In this document: piece after piece, positions 27,225 through 35,398 of the stretch | Layout of the letters: every line of letters begins with the position of its first letter | How positions within the stretch are numbered: the first letter of the stretch is position 1 | From: a virus | Taxonomy: Duplodnaviria > Caudoviricetes | Direction: 5' to 3' (one strand) | Length of the DNA stretch: 45,733 nt | Virus record (IMG/VR): IMGVR_UViG_3300032227_000101 | Span: 1 to 45,733 of that record | Translations under genes and position numbers: made by a program | Notes under the pieces: generated by a model | Told to the model about the DNA's origin: nothing | The model's input: the letters and a program-made list of their open reading frames with translations, nothing else | The model's database searches: none

Positions 27225-28957
27225 CTTACAGGCTCCAGAGTGTCATTTGTAAAACGTCTATTGTTTACTTGCGGACCCAGTGTCATTGGATCCATTTGAT
27301 CTTTGCCTGTTCCATCTTGAACTGGTTGCTGTTCTGGCGGAACACCTTGCTGCGCCATATACTGTTGCATCATATTTTCTTGTGGTGTAGGCGGTATTAT
27401 ATTAGGTATAGGCGCCGGCGCCTGTGCTGATAATGGATTACCTTGATCATCTGTAGGCAATGGATTGCCTTGATCATCTACAGGTGCATTAGCAGCTTGC
27501 TCATTTGCAATCTGTTCATCAATCTCTTCAATATCTTCGTCGTTCATCATTAGAACGTTACGGCGAACCCATTCTTTTGAATAGTAACGGCCAACATATG
27601 GATCAACCATCTGTAGTACGCCCATTCTGTTAAGAAGAAGCTCAGCCTCTTTTAATTCTGCAAAGTTATTATCTTTTAAAAAGTCGTAATAAATGTTCTC
27701 TTTAAATTCTTTCCATTCTTCTTCTGAACAGACCTTCTTTAATACCAACTGAACACGAAGAATATCATCAAACAATGTGGAAAATTTATTACGAAGTCTT
27801 TCAACAAACTTATTAAACTTAAGTTCATCACGGCTAACTTCAGTACTTCTACCTAAAGAGAAACCTTGGCCTTGTTCAAGTCTAGAAGTTGGAACACCAA
27901 GAGCTTTATATAATTTCTTTTCAAAATACTTAACATCTTCTAACTCACCAAGATTTTGACCACCTGGAAGAGTTGTAATTTCTGTACCTTTACCGCCTTC
28001 ACGACGAGGCAACCAAAAGTCTTCAAGCATTGATAGGTGCTTACGGTCGTCTTTGATTTCACCGGTGCTAGAATCGTATACTAGCTTATTGCGATATTTG
28101 ACCATGATATCACGAAGATATTGTTCAGCTTTGATTGTTGGCATATTACCAACATCAACATAGAATACCCTGCGCTCAGGCGCGCGCGAGAGACGATAGA
28201 TAACTGTAGCATCTTCAACCATTCTTAGCTGGTTAAGAGGCTTGATGGCCTTGTGTAGATAAGAGAGAACCATAGCTCTCTTTGAATCCATTAGACCTGA
28301 GTTGACATTTACAATGGAATCTACAGCAATCTTTGTGCCTAGATTACTATGTGCGCCGATAACACCCCGCTCATTGTACAGGTAGTATTCATTCATCTGT
28401 TTGATGATTTCCATACCTGTAGAAGAATCTCTCATCTTCTGAATTTCACGGATTTTGCGAATTCTGCGAGGGTCGACGTACTTTAGTTCTTGGATACCTT
28501 TTTGAGGAGACTTTTCGTCAATGACAAGATGGTAGAAAATTCTACCGTCAATATACCAACGACGGAATATATCATGTCCCATGTTACCGAAATTAAGTAA
28601 CTTGAGAACATATTCAAATTCGTCACGAATCTTTTTCTTGATTTGTTCTGATTCTTTTAGTTCATCGGTGTTAATCTCAACACCATTACCTTTATCTTCA
28701 TAGACAATAGCTTCATTAATGATATCATCAATTGCACCTTCGATTTCAGGCTGCATTGACATTTCTCTATATCGTGTGATTAATTCTATTTCATTACGAA
28801 CAACACCATCCAAATCGACATATGTACCATAGTAGGCACCCGATTGAATGGTTACAGCACCATCGTCATTCTGAGGAAGAGCGAATGTTTTATTGCGCTC
28901 ATCTTCTTTCTCTGACTTTGCGCGGTTTATTTCAAAACCAAAAAGTTTTATTGACAC
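27221..28957 (-). CDS. gp20: Portal vertex protein
   Basis: FRRWYIDGR, LHKAIKPLNQLRMVEDA, RAPERRVFYVDVGN, EDFWLPRREGGKGTEITTLPGG. Confidence 0.99.
   Translation of the reverse strand: MSIKLFGFEINRAKSEKEDERNKTFALPQNDDGAVTIQSGAYYGTYVDLDGVVRNEIELITRYREMSMQPEIEGAIDDIINEAIVYEDKGNGVEINTDELKESEQIKKKIRDEFEYVLKLLNFGNMGHDIFRRWYIDGRIFYHLVIDEKSPQKGIQELKYVDPRRIRKIREIQKMRDSSTGMEIIKQMNEYYLYNERGVIGAHSNLGTKIAVDSIVNVNSGLMDSKRAMVLSYLHKAIKPLNQLRMVEDATVIYRLSRAPERRVFYVDVGNMPTIKAEQYLRDIMVKYRNKLVYDSSTGEIKDDRKHLSMLEDFWLPRREGGKGTEITTLPGGQNLGELEDVKYFEKKLYKALGVPTSRLEQGQGFSLGRSTEVSRDELKFNKFVERLRNKFSTLFDDILRVQLVLKKVCSEEEWKEFKENIYYDFLKDNNFAELKEAELLLNRMGVLQMVDPYVGRYYSKEWVRRNVLMMNDEDIEEIDEQIANEQAANAPVDDQGNPLPTDDQGNPLSAQAPAPIPNIIPPTPQENMMQQYMAQQGVPPEQQPVQDGTGKDQMDPMTLGPQVNNRRFTNDTLEPVR
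27432..27485. repeat. 2 x 27 bp imperfect repeat in the portal C-terminal extension
   Basis: Encodes PVDDQGNPL / PTDDQGNPL. Confidence 0.85.
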
Positions 28958-28980
28958 AAAGTTTGCTCCAAAAAGATACG

Positions 28981-29012
28981 ATATTAGGGGAATTTACTCC
29001 CCTAATATATAG
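28981..29012 (-). terminator. Hairpin (terminator/attenuator) between gp19 and gp20, overlapping a late-promoter-like CTATATA
   Basis: 11-bp stem ATATTAGGGGA/TCCCCTAATAT; the T-run is offset from the stem. Confidence 0.55.
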
Positions 29013-29021
29013 CTGTTATTC

Positions 29022-29633
29022 TTAGATGATATTTACGTTACGGCTAGGAGGAGAAAGACCTGTACCATTTGAATCGCCAACGGTAGATTCCCACCACTGA
29101 TAACTGAATGTTACTGCATATTCTTCGATTGTGTCGTTTGCACCCCAATCTAATTCGATTGGTGAAACGTCAATTGGGAACATACCAATGAAGCTATATG
29201 ACTTCAAGGCTTCGCCTGTTTTACCGTACTGAATAACGTGTGCATCTCTTTGATAATCTGATGGACTTAAGAATGAATTACTTCTTAGATTATTTCTATG
29301 AGAGTTGAGTGAATTCATCCATAGTTCAATGGCATTACGAATCTTGAAATCTTCATCATTGATAATGGTTACTGTCCACTCGGTGAATGTTCTATTACCA
29401 GCAAACTTCAATTCACGACCAAAGTATGGCATTGGAATAGCGTTTACTGTTGAGCCAGGCAACTGTGCTGCGCGGCAGAAAAAGCTGAATTGTTCTGAAA
29501 TGCTTAGACCGTCTGATCCTGTTCTTGCGGCCGCGGCTGCAATATCAGGAAAAGTCATGCGGCATTCAAACAGGTTTGGACGAGCGCCGTCCAAAACCAT
29601 TGCTGACCTAAACTGTTGAATATTAAAAGGCAT
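29022..29633 (-). CDS. gp19: Tail tube protein
   Basis: GARPNLF, CRAAQLPGS, GRELKFAGNRTFTEWTVTIINDEDF, IEEYAVTFSYQWW. Confidence 0.97.
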   Translation of the reverse strand: MPFNIQQFRSAMVLDGARPNLFECRMTFPDIAAAAARTGSDGLSISEQFSFFCRAAQLPGSTVNAIPMPYFGRELKFAGNRTFTEWTVTIINDEDFKIRNAIELWMNSLNSHRNNLRSNSFLSPSDYQRDAHVIQYGKTGEALKSYSFIGMFPIDVSPIELDWGANDTIEEYAVTFSYQWWESTVGDSNGTGLSPPSRNVNII

Positions 29634-29654
29634 CTAATTTACTCCTCGTTTTTA

Positions 29655-30254
29655 TTATTTATGTGTTTTTCTGCGGTTATCTTTCCAAGGAAGCAGTTGT
29701 AGGTTCTCTACCTGAGCAACGTTTTCTTCTGGCATTCTCAAGTCAAACGCGGCTTTGATAGAGACTTTGTGATCAAGCTGATAACCGCCGTCTGTTCCGC
29801 ACAATGTTCTTTGTAGACCATTTGGATTCAAGATCGACAAATGTTCTGTGTATGTCTTCTCGGAAAGCCTCCGCACTTTGTATGCGTATGCTCTGAATTC
29901 CGACTTGTTTGGGTTCCAGTTGTGATGGTTGGATCCACAATTTTTCTTGCCTGCCTTAATTGCATTATTTCTTGCAACTCTTTTACCTACATTTAGCCTA
30001 GCGCATTTATTACATAAATCTTTTTCATAATTTCTCTGTGCATGTTTTTTGGAATATCGTCTTTTCCACTCAATTCCACACTCATCACATTTGAAAAGAA
30101 CAGATGCACTGCTAAATGAAGGTAGATCCAAAACCTTTACGGTTAGTTTTTGTTGTGGACGGAGATTGGTATAACCTTTCTCCGTCCAATACTCTACGGC
30201 ATCGTATGTTTGATTACTAATAAGAGTAATCTCCACTTGTTCCTGTATGATCAT
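29655..30254 (-). mobile_element. Putative HNH homing endonuclease with zinc-finger N-terminus
   Basis: CDECG...CNKC, NHHNW, YQLDHKVS...ENLQLLPWKDNRRK; inserted between gp18 and gp19. Confidence 0.8.
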
Positions 30255-30288
30255 TATCTAAACTTACCTTTTAATAATTTTGGGTGTG

Positions 30289-31986
30289 TTAAAAACGCCC
30301 GACCACTTCATCAAATGCAACTCCTGTGCGAACAGCAACGAAGTTTAATTGGATATAATTTATGCTCCGGGCAGGTTTAATATAAATGTCACCGATAAAT
30401 TCGTTGCGGTCAATAACTTCTGGAGTATTGTTTGTTTCGTCACAAACAACTCTGTAGTCAAAGATACCACGGCGTCCCTGTACATCACGTAGGTATGGTT
30501 CTACGAGAGCCACGAACTGAGCGCGGGTGAATGCATCATTAAACTCGAATAGTGAGTACTTAGATGCTCTTGCAATCGCCTTTTCAAGAACAATGAATAG
30601 ACGGCGAACGTTAATGCGATCAAAGGCCGATGGCTTTGAAAGCATTGTCTTGTCACCGAATAGAATTGTTCCTTCGCCTGGGAATGATACAATTGGGTTA
30701 ATACCATTCTTGTATAGTTCGTCGCGCTGAGTCTTGTTTGGATTCCAAGCAAGTCTTGTTAGGTTCTTGATTGCGCCACGGTTGAAACCTGCTGGTGAGA
30801 ACCATGGATCACGTTCAAAGTCTGTACGTACACATAGACCGGCAATATCACCGTTTAGAGGCACCCAACGGTAAACGTCATTGTACTTGTCGTACTGGTA
30901 CTTCCAGTTACAATCCATCACAGCATATGATGTTGATCTGTTGATTGTGTTATTCTTATAGCTGATGCAATCCGCATCTTCGTTACCGCCGCTGTAAACA
31001 ACGTCTGTTCTACGTGGTGAAACGAAGGCCACACAGTCTTTACGATACTCTGCAATGTTATCAATAATGTGAGATACGATTGTAGAACTGTGATCTGAAG
31101 TCATGATAAGTGAGATATCAACTTCATCGGCATTTTTAAACTTATTATATCCACTGATTGTGTCAGAAGCAGTTGATATGTCTTGTGTACCACCAGCAAG
31201 AGTTGCTGTATATGCAGAGTTTGCTGAACCGTATGTCTTACCTGAAGATGTAGCTGTACCAAAGTTTGTGTTGCTTACGCCATCTGGGTGAGCCATCCAC
31301 CAAATATAATTGGAACGGCTATTGATTACATCCTTATAGTAGTTTGATGTGCCATCTTGAAGCTTTGCATCTGAAGCTTTAGAAGCAAATGCAAATCTTT
31401 CTATAACAGTATTTGCTGTGCCGCTGATCTTACCATCAACGTCTATAACAGCAACGTGTAGTTCGTCGTTGAAAGAACCTCTGTTAGAAGCATATGTTGA
31501 TGTTCCTGGTGCAGAATCAAAGAAACCGTTAAAAGTCCAAGCACCAAAAGCTGTTGTATTGCCTGAACCTGTGAAGGTTGATACTCGTATTGAGTTTCCT
31601 AGTGTGCCAGGATACTTAGCTGCCCATTGGCCATAAGTGTTTACACCGCTGCTGTCATTTTCAAGGTAGTCTTGCTCGTTTTCAATAAGTCTTCCTGTGC
31701 CGCTATAAGTAGCATTAAATGAAGTATTTGCTATTGTACGAACAACTTTAAGATTTCTCGCATAAGCTAAGAAGTTTGCTGCGGTAAAAAAGTCAGTAAA
31801 ATTGTTGCTGTCAGGTTCGCCAAATGTGTTAACTAATTCAACTTCACTTGAGATCGTGCGAATCTCGTTGACTGGACCCCAATTGAAGTCGCCAGCAAAA
31901 GCTCCTTCAGTAGTACCTACTGCCGGAACAATAGTTGTTAGGTCAATCTCAGAGACATTTACGCCTGGAGATAATTGAAATGCCAT
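30289..31986 (-). CDS. gp18: Tail sheath protein
   Basis: MAFQLSPGV, PWFSPAGFNRG, GDKT, FDRINVRRLF, KPARSINYIQLNFVA. Confidence 0.99.
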   Translation of the reverse strand: MAFQLSPGVNVSEIDLTTIVPAVGTTEGAFAGDFNWGPVNEIRTISSEVELVNTFGEPDSNNFTDFFTAANFLAYARNLKVVRTIANTSFNATYSGTGRLIENEQDYLENDSSGVNTYGQWAAKYPGTLGNSIRVSTFTGSGNTTAFGAWTFNGFFDSAPGTSTYASNRGSFNDELHVAVIDVDGKISGTANTVIERFAFASKASDAKLQDGTSNYYKDVINSRSNYIWWMAHPDGVSNTNFGTATSSGKTYGSANSAYTATLAGGTQDISTASDTISGYNKFKNADEVDISLIMTSDHSSTIVSHIIDNIAEYRKDCVAFVSPRRTDVVYSGGNEDADCISYKNNTINRSTSYAVMDCNWKYQYDKYNDVYRWVPLNGDIAGLCVRTDFERDPWFSPAGFNRGAIKNLTRLAWNPNKTQRDELYKNGINPIVSFPGEGTILFGDKTMLSKPSAFDRINVRRLFIVLEKAIARASKYSLFEFNDAFTRAQFVALVEPYLRDVQGRRGIFDYRVVCDETNNTPEVIDRNEFIGDIYIKPARSINYIQLNFVAVRTGVAFDEVVGRF

Positions 31987-32037
31987 ATCTTTTCTCCTTA
32001 TTGTAGTAGAATGGTGACTAAATTATATTCTGTCATT

Positions 32038-32045
32038 TATTTAGC
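32038..32045 (-). promoter_or_regulatory. Late promoter variant for gp18
   Basis: GCTAAATA in the gp17-gp18 gap. Confidence 0.6.
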
Positions 32046-32048
32046 ATT

Positions 32049-33710
32049 TTATAATTTTCCACGCCAATTTAGATCGTCAAATGGATATCTCCTAGACCTA
32101 TCTTCAAGCCATACATCTCCATTTTCATCAACTTCATAATCTTTACTAACTTCTCCCTGATACCCAGATATTACTCCGAATGGAACAATATCTTGATCCA
32201 TAACATCAAGAATTTCTTTCTGAAGAGCCTGTCTAATATCGTTATTAATATTTTCTTTAAAATACTTTTGACCGGTCAACCAGCCAAAGTTTACTAGTGT
32301 CATGACACAATCATCATGATTGCCTTCTTCAGCTTTAAATGTTCTCTTATCTGCTGAGAATGTTATTAGCTCGTTTATAGTTTGCTCATCATTAACTATC
32401 AACTTATCACTTTCGATTAGTGTCTTGAGGTTTGTACAGCCAATCATCTTGGTCTGCTGCGACTGTCGAATACCAAAAGCAACTTTTTTCTTGAAACCAG
32501 GTGTCTGCTGTTGGCCTTGCTTACCCTTCACTTCGATCTTGATAAGATTTTCGTAGGCCAGTTCATGATGAATAATATCAGAAACTTGTAGACCGATAGA
32601 ATTGATTTCTATCAAAATGAATGCATCATTGTATAAATGGGCTGTTTGTACGATAATTGTTGGAAACAAAAATGGTGAAATCTTGTTGTCTCGGTAGACC
32701 GCAACAAGTCTATATGGTATCTCTGTCACATCTATAACAGAAAACACTGAGTAATCTAGACCTTGACCCTCTGCAACATCCACAGTCATGCAGTAGGTGC
32801 GACCAGGCTGAGGCTTCTTGTATGTTCTGAGATTGCCCTCAATATCGATTGGATCATGCCAAACAAGTGAGCGTAGCTTTATAGGATGTATTAAAGTGTT
32901 TGTAGAACCGATGAACTCACACTCAAATTCCTGACGAAACTGGTCAGCAGATGTGTTACGAATAGTCTGTTCTTTCCATTCTTCTGTTCTGCCTGGCACC
33001 ATGCTCCAGTGAATTTCAATTGGCTTATATTCACTCTTATACTTGATAGCATCTTCCCACATACGATAGAATAGATTTAGACCATTTGGTGTAGAAACGA
33101 TAATAACCTTTGTTGTCTGACCAGAAGAAATCGTAGGATACGTAGACATGAAGAATGCTTCGGCGATGTTGTTTGGAACAAATGCAAACTCGTCAAGGAA
33201 AATTATGTTAAATGATCTACCACGAACAGAAGAGCCAGATGTAGAGTCAGCAACCGCTCTTGAACCATTGGCTAGTTCAATAGAACCTTTGTTCCATTCT
33301 TTAACGCCTTGCTGTAGAAAGCGAGGCAAGTATTCGAAGGCCAACTGTAGACGGCCCATAATTTCGCGGGCAGTAGCAGATTTATTAGCAAGAATGGCTA
33401 CATTGACGTTTTCATTAAAGAGAAGATAGTGTAGCAGATATGCGACAGATGTAGTTGTTTTTCCTACCTGACGAGGCAGCTTACAAATAGAGAATCGATT
33501 TTCATGGAAAGATGTGAGCATTTCTTTCTGGAAATCCCACATGTTAAATGGTATAAGACCATGATCAACGTTAATGATCCTCATATAAGTTACAGCAAAG
33601 TAAACAGGATCATTCGTACACTTTATGAACTCATCTATCTCTTGCTGAGTAAATGAGTGAGTGTAGTCTTCTTTTGGTAAGTTAGGATTGTTGTTGTAGC
33701 CTTTACTCAT
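32049..33710 (-). CDS. gp17: Terminase large subunit
   Basis: PRQVGKTT, LDEFAFVP, STPNG, DVAEG..DYS, HDDCVM. Confidence 0.99.
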   Translation of the reverse strand: MSKGYNNNPNLPKEDYTHSFTQQEIDEFIKCTNDPVYFAVTYMRIINVDHGLIPFNMWDFQKEMLTSFHENRFSICKLPRQVGKTTTSVAYLLHYLLFNENVNVAILANKSATAREIMGRLQLAFEYLPRFLQQGVKEWNKGSIELANGSRAVADSTSGSSVRGRSFNIIFLDEFAFVPNNIAEAFFMSTYPTISSGQTTKVIIVSTPNGLNLFYRMWEDAIKYKSEYKPIEIHWSMVPGRTEEWKEQTIRNTSADQFRQEFECEFIGSTNTLIHPIKLRSLVWHDPIDIEGNLRTYKKPQPGRTYCMTVDVAEGQGLDYSVFSVIDVTEIPYRLVAVYRDNKISPFLFPTIIVQTAHLYNDAFILIEINSIGLQVSDIIHHELAYENLIKIEVKGKQGQQQTPGFKKKVAFGIRQSQQTKMIGCTNLKTLIESDKLIVNDEQTINELITFSADKRTFKAEEGNHDDCVMTLVNFGWLTGQKYFKENINNDIRQALQKEILDVMDQDIVPFGVISGYQGEVSKDYEVDENGDVWLEDRSRRYPFDDLNWRGKL

Positions 33711-34240
33711 TTATAATATGGGTTCTTTGGATCTGTATCGCCAGTTTCATCTGGCCACCAATCTAGTTCGTAACGCTCACCGCGCTTAAACATAGCTTTC
33801 ATTGACTTAATGCGCTTTTCATATTCTTCTTTGCTTGGCTTAATATTGCCTTCAACAACATCTAGCACATACTGTATTGTAACAGCATTTGCGCTCAGAC
33901 TTGCACATCTTGCACCAACTTCACCTTTCAAATGGTCCAGTAGAATGCTTTCGCTGCTATCTGCTAATGCATTTGATAACATATGAGGAACTTTTAGATC
34001 AACATAAGAGTAAACATAATCGTAATGTGGTGCAGGTGAAGAATGAAGTATGTATTCATCTAAAACTTCTATTCTTTTAAATCCATCAACATTATACCAA
34101 ACTGCTCTATTTGGTGTCAGTTCATCTGGCCTACCAAAAAACTTTTGAAGATGTTCTGCGTACTTTGCAGGTTCTTTATTTTCCCATTGTGAGAGTGAAG
34201 CACTCACTGATTCCATTAAAAACTGCTTAAGTGTTTTCAT
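33707..34240 (-). CDS. Hypothetical protein with capsid-targeting-like leader, between the terminase subunits
   Basis: MKTLKQFLMES leader; HSSPAPHYD and ARCASLSAN motifs. Confidence 0.7.
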   Translation of the reverse strand: MKTLKQFLMESVSASLSQWENKEPAKYAEHLQKFFGRPDELTPNRAVWYNVDGFKRIEVLDEYILHSSPAPHYDYVYSYVDLKVPHMLSNALADSSESILLDHLKGEVGARCASLSANAVTIQYVLDVVEGNIKPSKEEYEKRIKSMKAMFKRGERYELDWWPDETGDTDPKNPYYK

Positions 34241-34655
34241 TTTTCTTCTCTTCTTTAATTCTTTGAAGTAATTCGGCTGTACTGCCTACAAACACGGCCT
34301 TTTCTACCGTTACGTTCGACTGATCTTTTTTATCTTCGCCGTTTAAATCTTTTGTCTTCTTCTGAAGGTCATATAGGTCTTTTGTGGTATCAGCTATAGT
34401 TCTCATCATTGTAGCAAGCACTTCATACGCGCGCGGACTTTCTGATTCTTTAGCCAAGTCAGTCAAGTTTTCCATAGCAGCATTGCCTTTGTCTATCAGC
34501 GACCGAAAGGTTCTGCGAGATAGATTATAGTCAGCTTTAATATCATCATCTTCTTCGTGTGGAATATTGATGATTTCTTTTTTGACAGGTTCTATAATTT
34601 GTATAGCCCTTGGATTTTCAATTCCAAGGGCTTCATCTAGTGGATCATTCTTCAT
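34227..34655 (-). CDS. gp16: Terminase small subunit
   Basis: DYNLSR, ESESPRAYEV, FVGSTAEL. Confidence 0.93.
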   Translation of the reverse strand: MKNDPLDEALGIENPRAIQIIEPVKKEIINIPHEEDDDIKADYNLSRRTFRSLIDKGNAAMENLTDLAKESESPRAYEVLATMMRTIADTTKDLYDLQKKTKDLNGEDKKDQSNVTVEKAVFVGSTAELLQRIKEEKKNENT

Positions 34656-34664
34656 TTCAAGTTA

Positions 34665-34892
34665 TTAAGTTTCGTCTACTACTTCTTCTACTACTTCTTC
34701 TACTATATTTAAATTAGCATTGTAAGCATCACATGCAGCTTGAATACCAGAATCTTTATCTGCTGTATTATATTGATTTTTATAACTTTCAGCAGCAAAA
34801 TTCATAACAAATTCAACATACTGTTCTTTTGTTAAAATGCCATTTGGTGTGACATAATCATTGTCAATTAAAATTGAATATTCAATAGACAT
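34665..34892 (-). CDS. Hypothetical protein
   Basis: 75 aa with acidic tail; TAATG coupling to the upstream ORF. Confidence 0.65.
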   Translation of the reverse strand: MSIEYSILIDNDYVTPNGILTKEQYVEFVMNFAAESYKNQYNTADKDSGIQAACDAYNANLNIVEEVVEEVVDET

Positions 34893-35071
34893 TATTCTTT
34901 ACCCTTTGTTTCCGTGTTATTCATATTGTTCACTTCTTCTACAGCTTTTTCAAGCTTTGTAATAATGAGCATCGCAGCCTTTACAGAATTGATTCCTCCT
35001 GCACGGACACCCGAATCAATTAGAGCGTGTAAAAGATTAAGTTCATTTTGATCAAAAGTTACGTTAATCAT
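34892..35071 (-). CDS. Small hypothetical protein, possibly fibre-associated (not in ORF track)
   Basis: MINVTFDQNELNLLHALIDSGVRAGG... 59 aa, SD AAGGA, ACTATATA at 35112-35119 upstream. Confidence 0.7.
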   Translation of the reverse strand: MINVTFDQNELNLLHALIDSGVRAGGINSVKAAMLIITKLEKAVEEVNNMNNTETKGKE

Positions 35072-35124
35072 GATTTGTTTCCTTTCTAATACATGATATA
35101 GGTTACATTAGTATATAGTACATA

Positions 35125-35394
35125 TTACCAAGTCGCAATTGCTACTCTTTTCCAAGTATCAGTAGCGGTGCAGACATAGATAAATCCAGAGTCGTATCTT
35201 ATTTCTCCTGCTGTGCCGGTTGAATTTGTAGTAGAAGGTGCAGTGCCTTCCATACTTAGTATACCGTCAAAAGTAGCAAATCCAGTATCATCCGCAAGGC
35301 GGGCCTGCAAGGTGGTGCCTGTTGCCTTGACTGCGGCGTCCAGCAGTGCGCCGAGGGCCTGTACTTCGTTCTGGTCTAGGGTGAGGGTGATCAT
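35125..35394 (-). CDS. Chimeric ORF: foreign small-protein N-terminus fused to a native fibre C-terminal domain
   Basis: GC-rich MITLTLDQNEVQALGALLDAAVKATG joined to AT-rich ...GTAGEIRYDSGFIYVCTATDTWKRVAIATW. Confidence 0.65.
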   Translation of the reverse strand: MITLTLDQNEVQALGALLDAAVKATGTTLQARLADDTGFATFDGILSMEGTAPSTTNSTGTAGEIRYDSGFIYVCTATDTWKRVAIATW

Positions 35395-35398
35395 GTTG

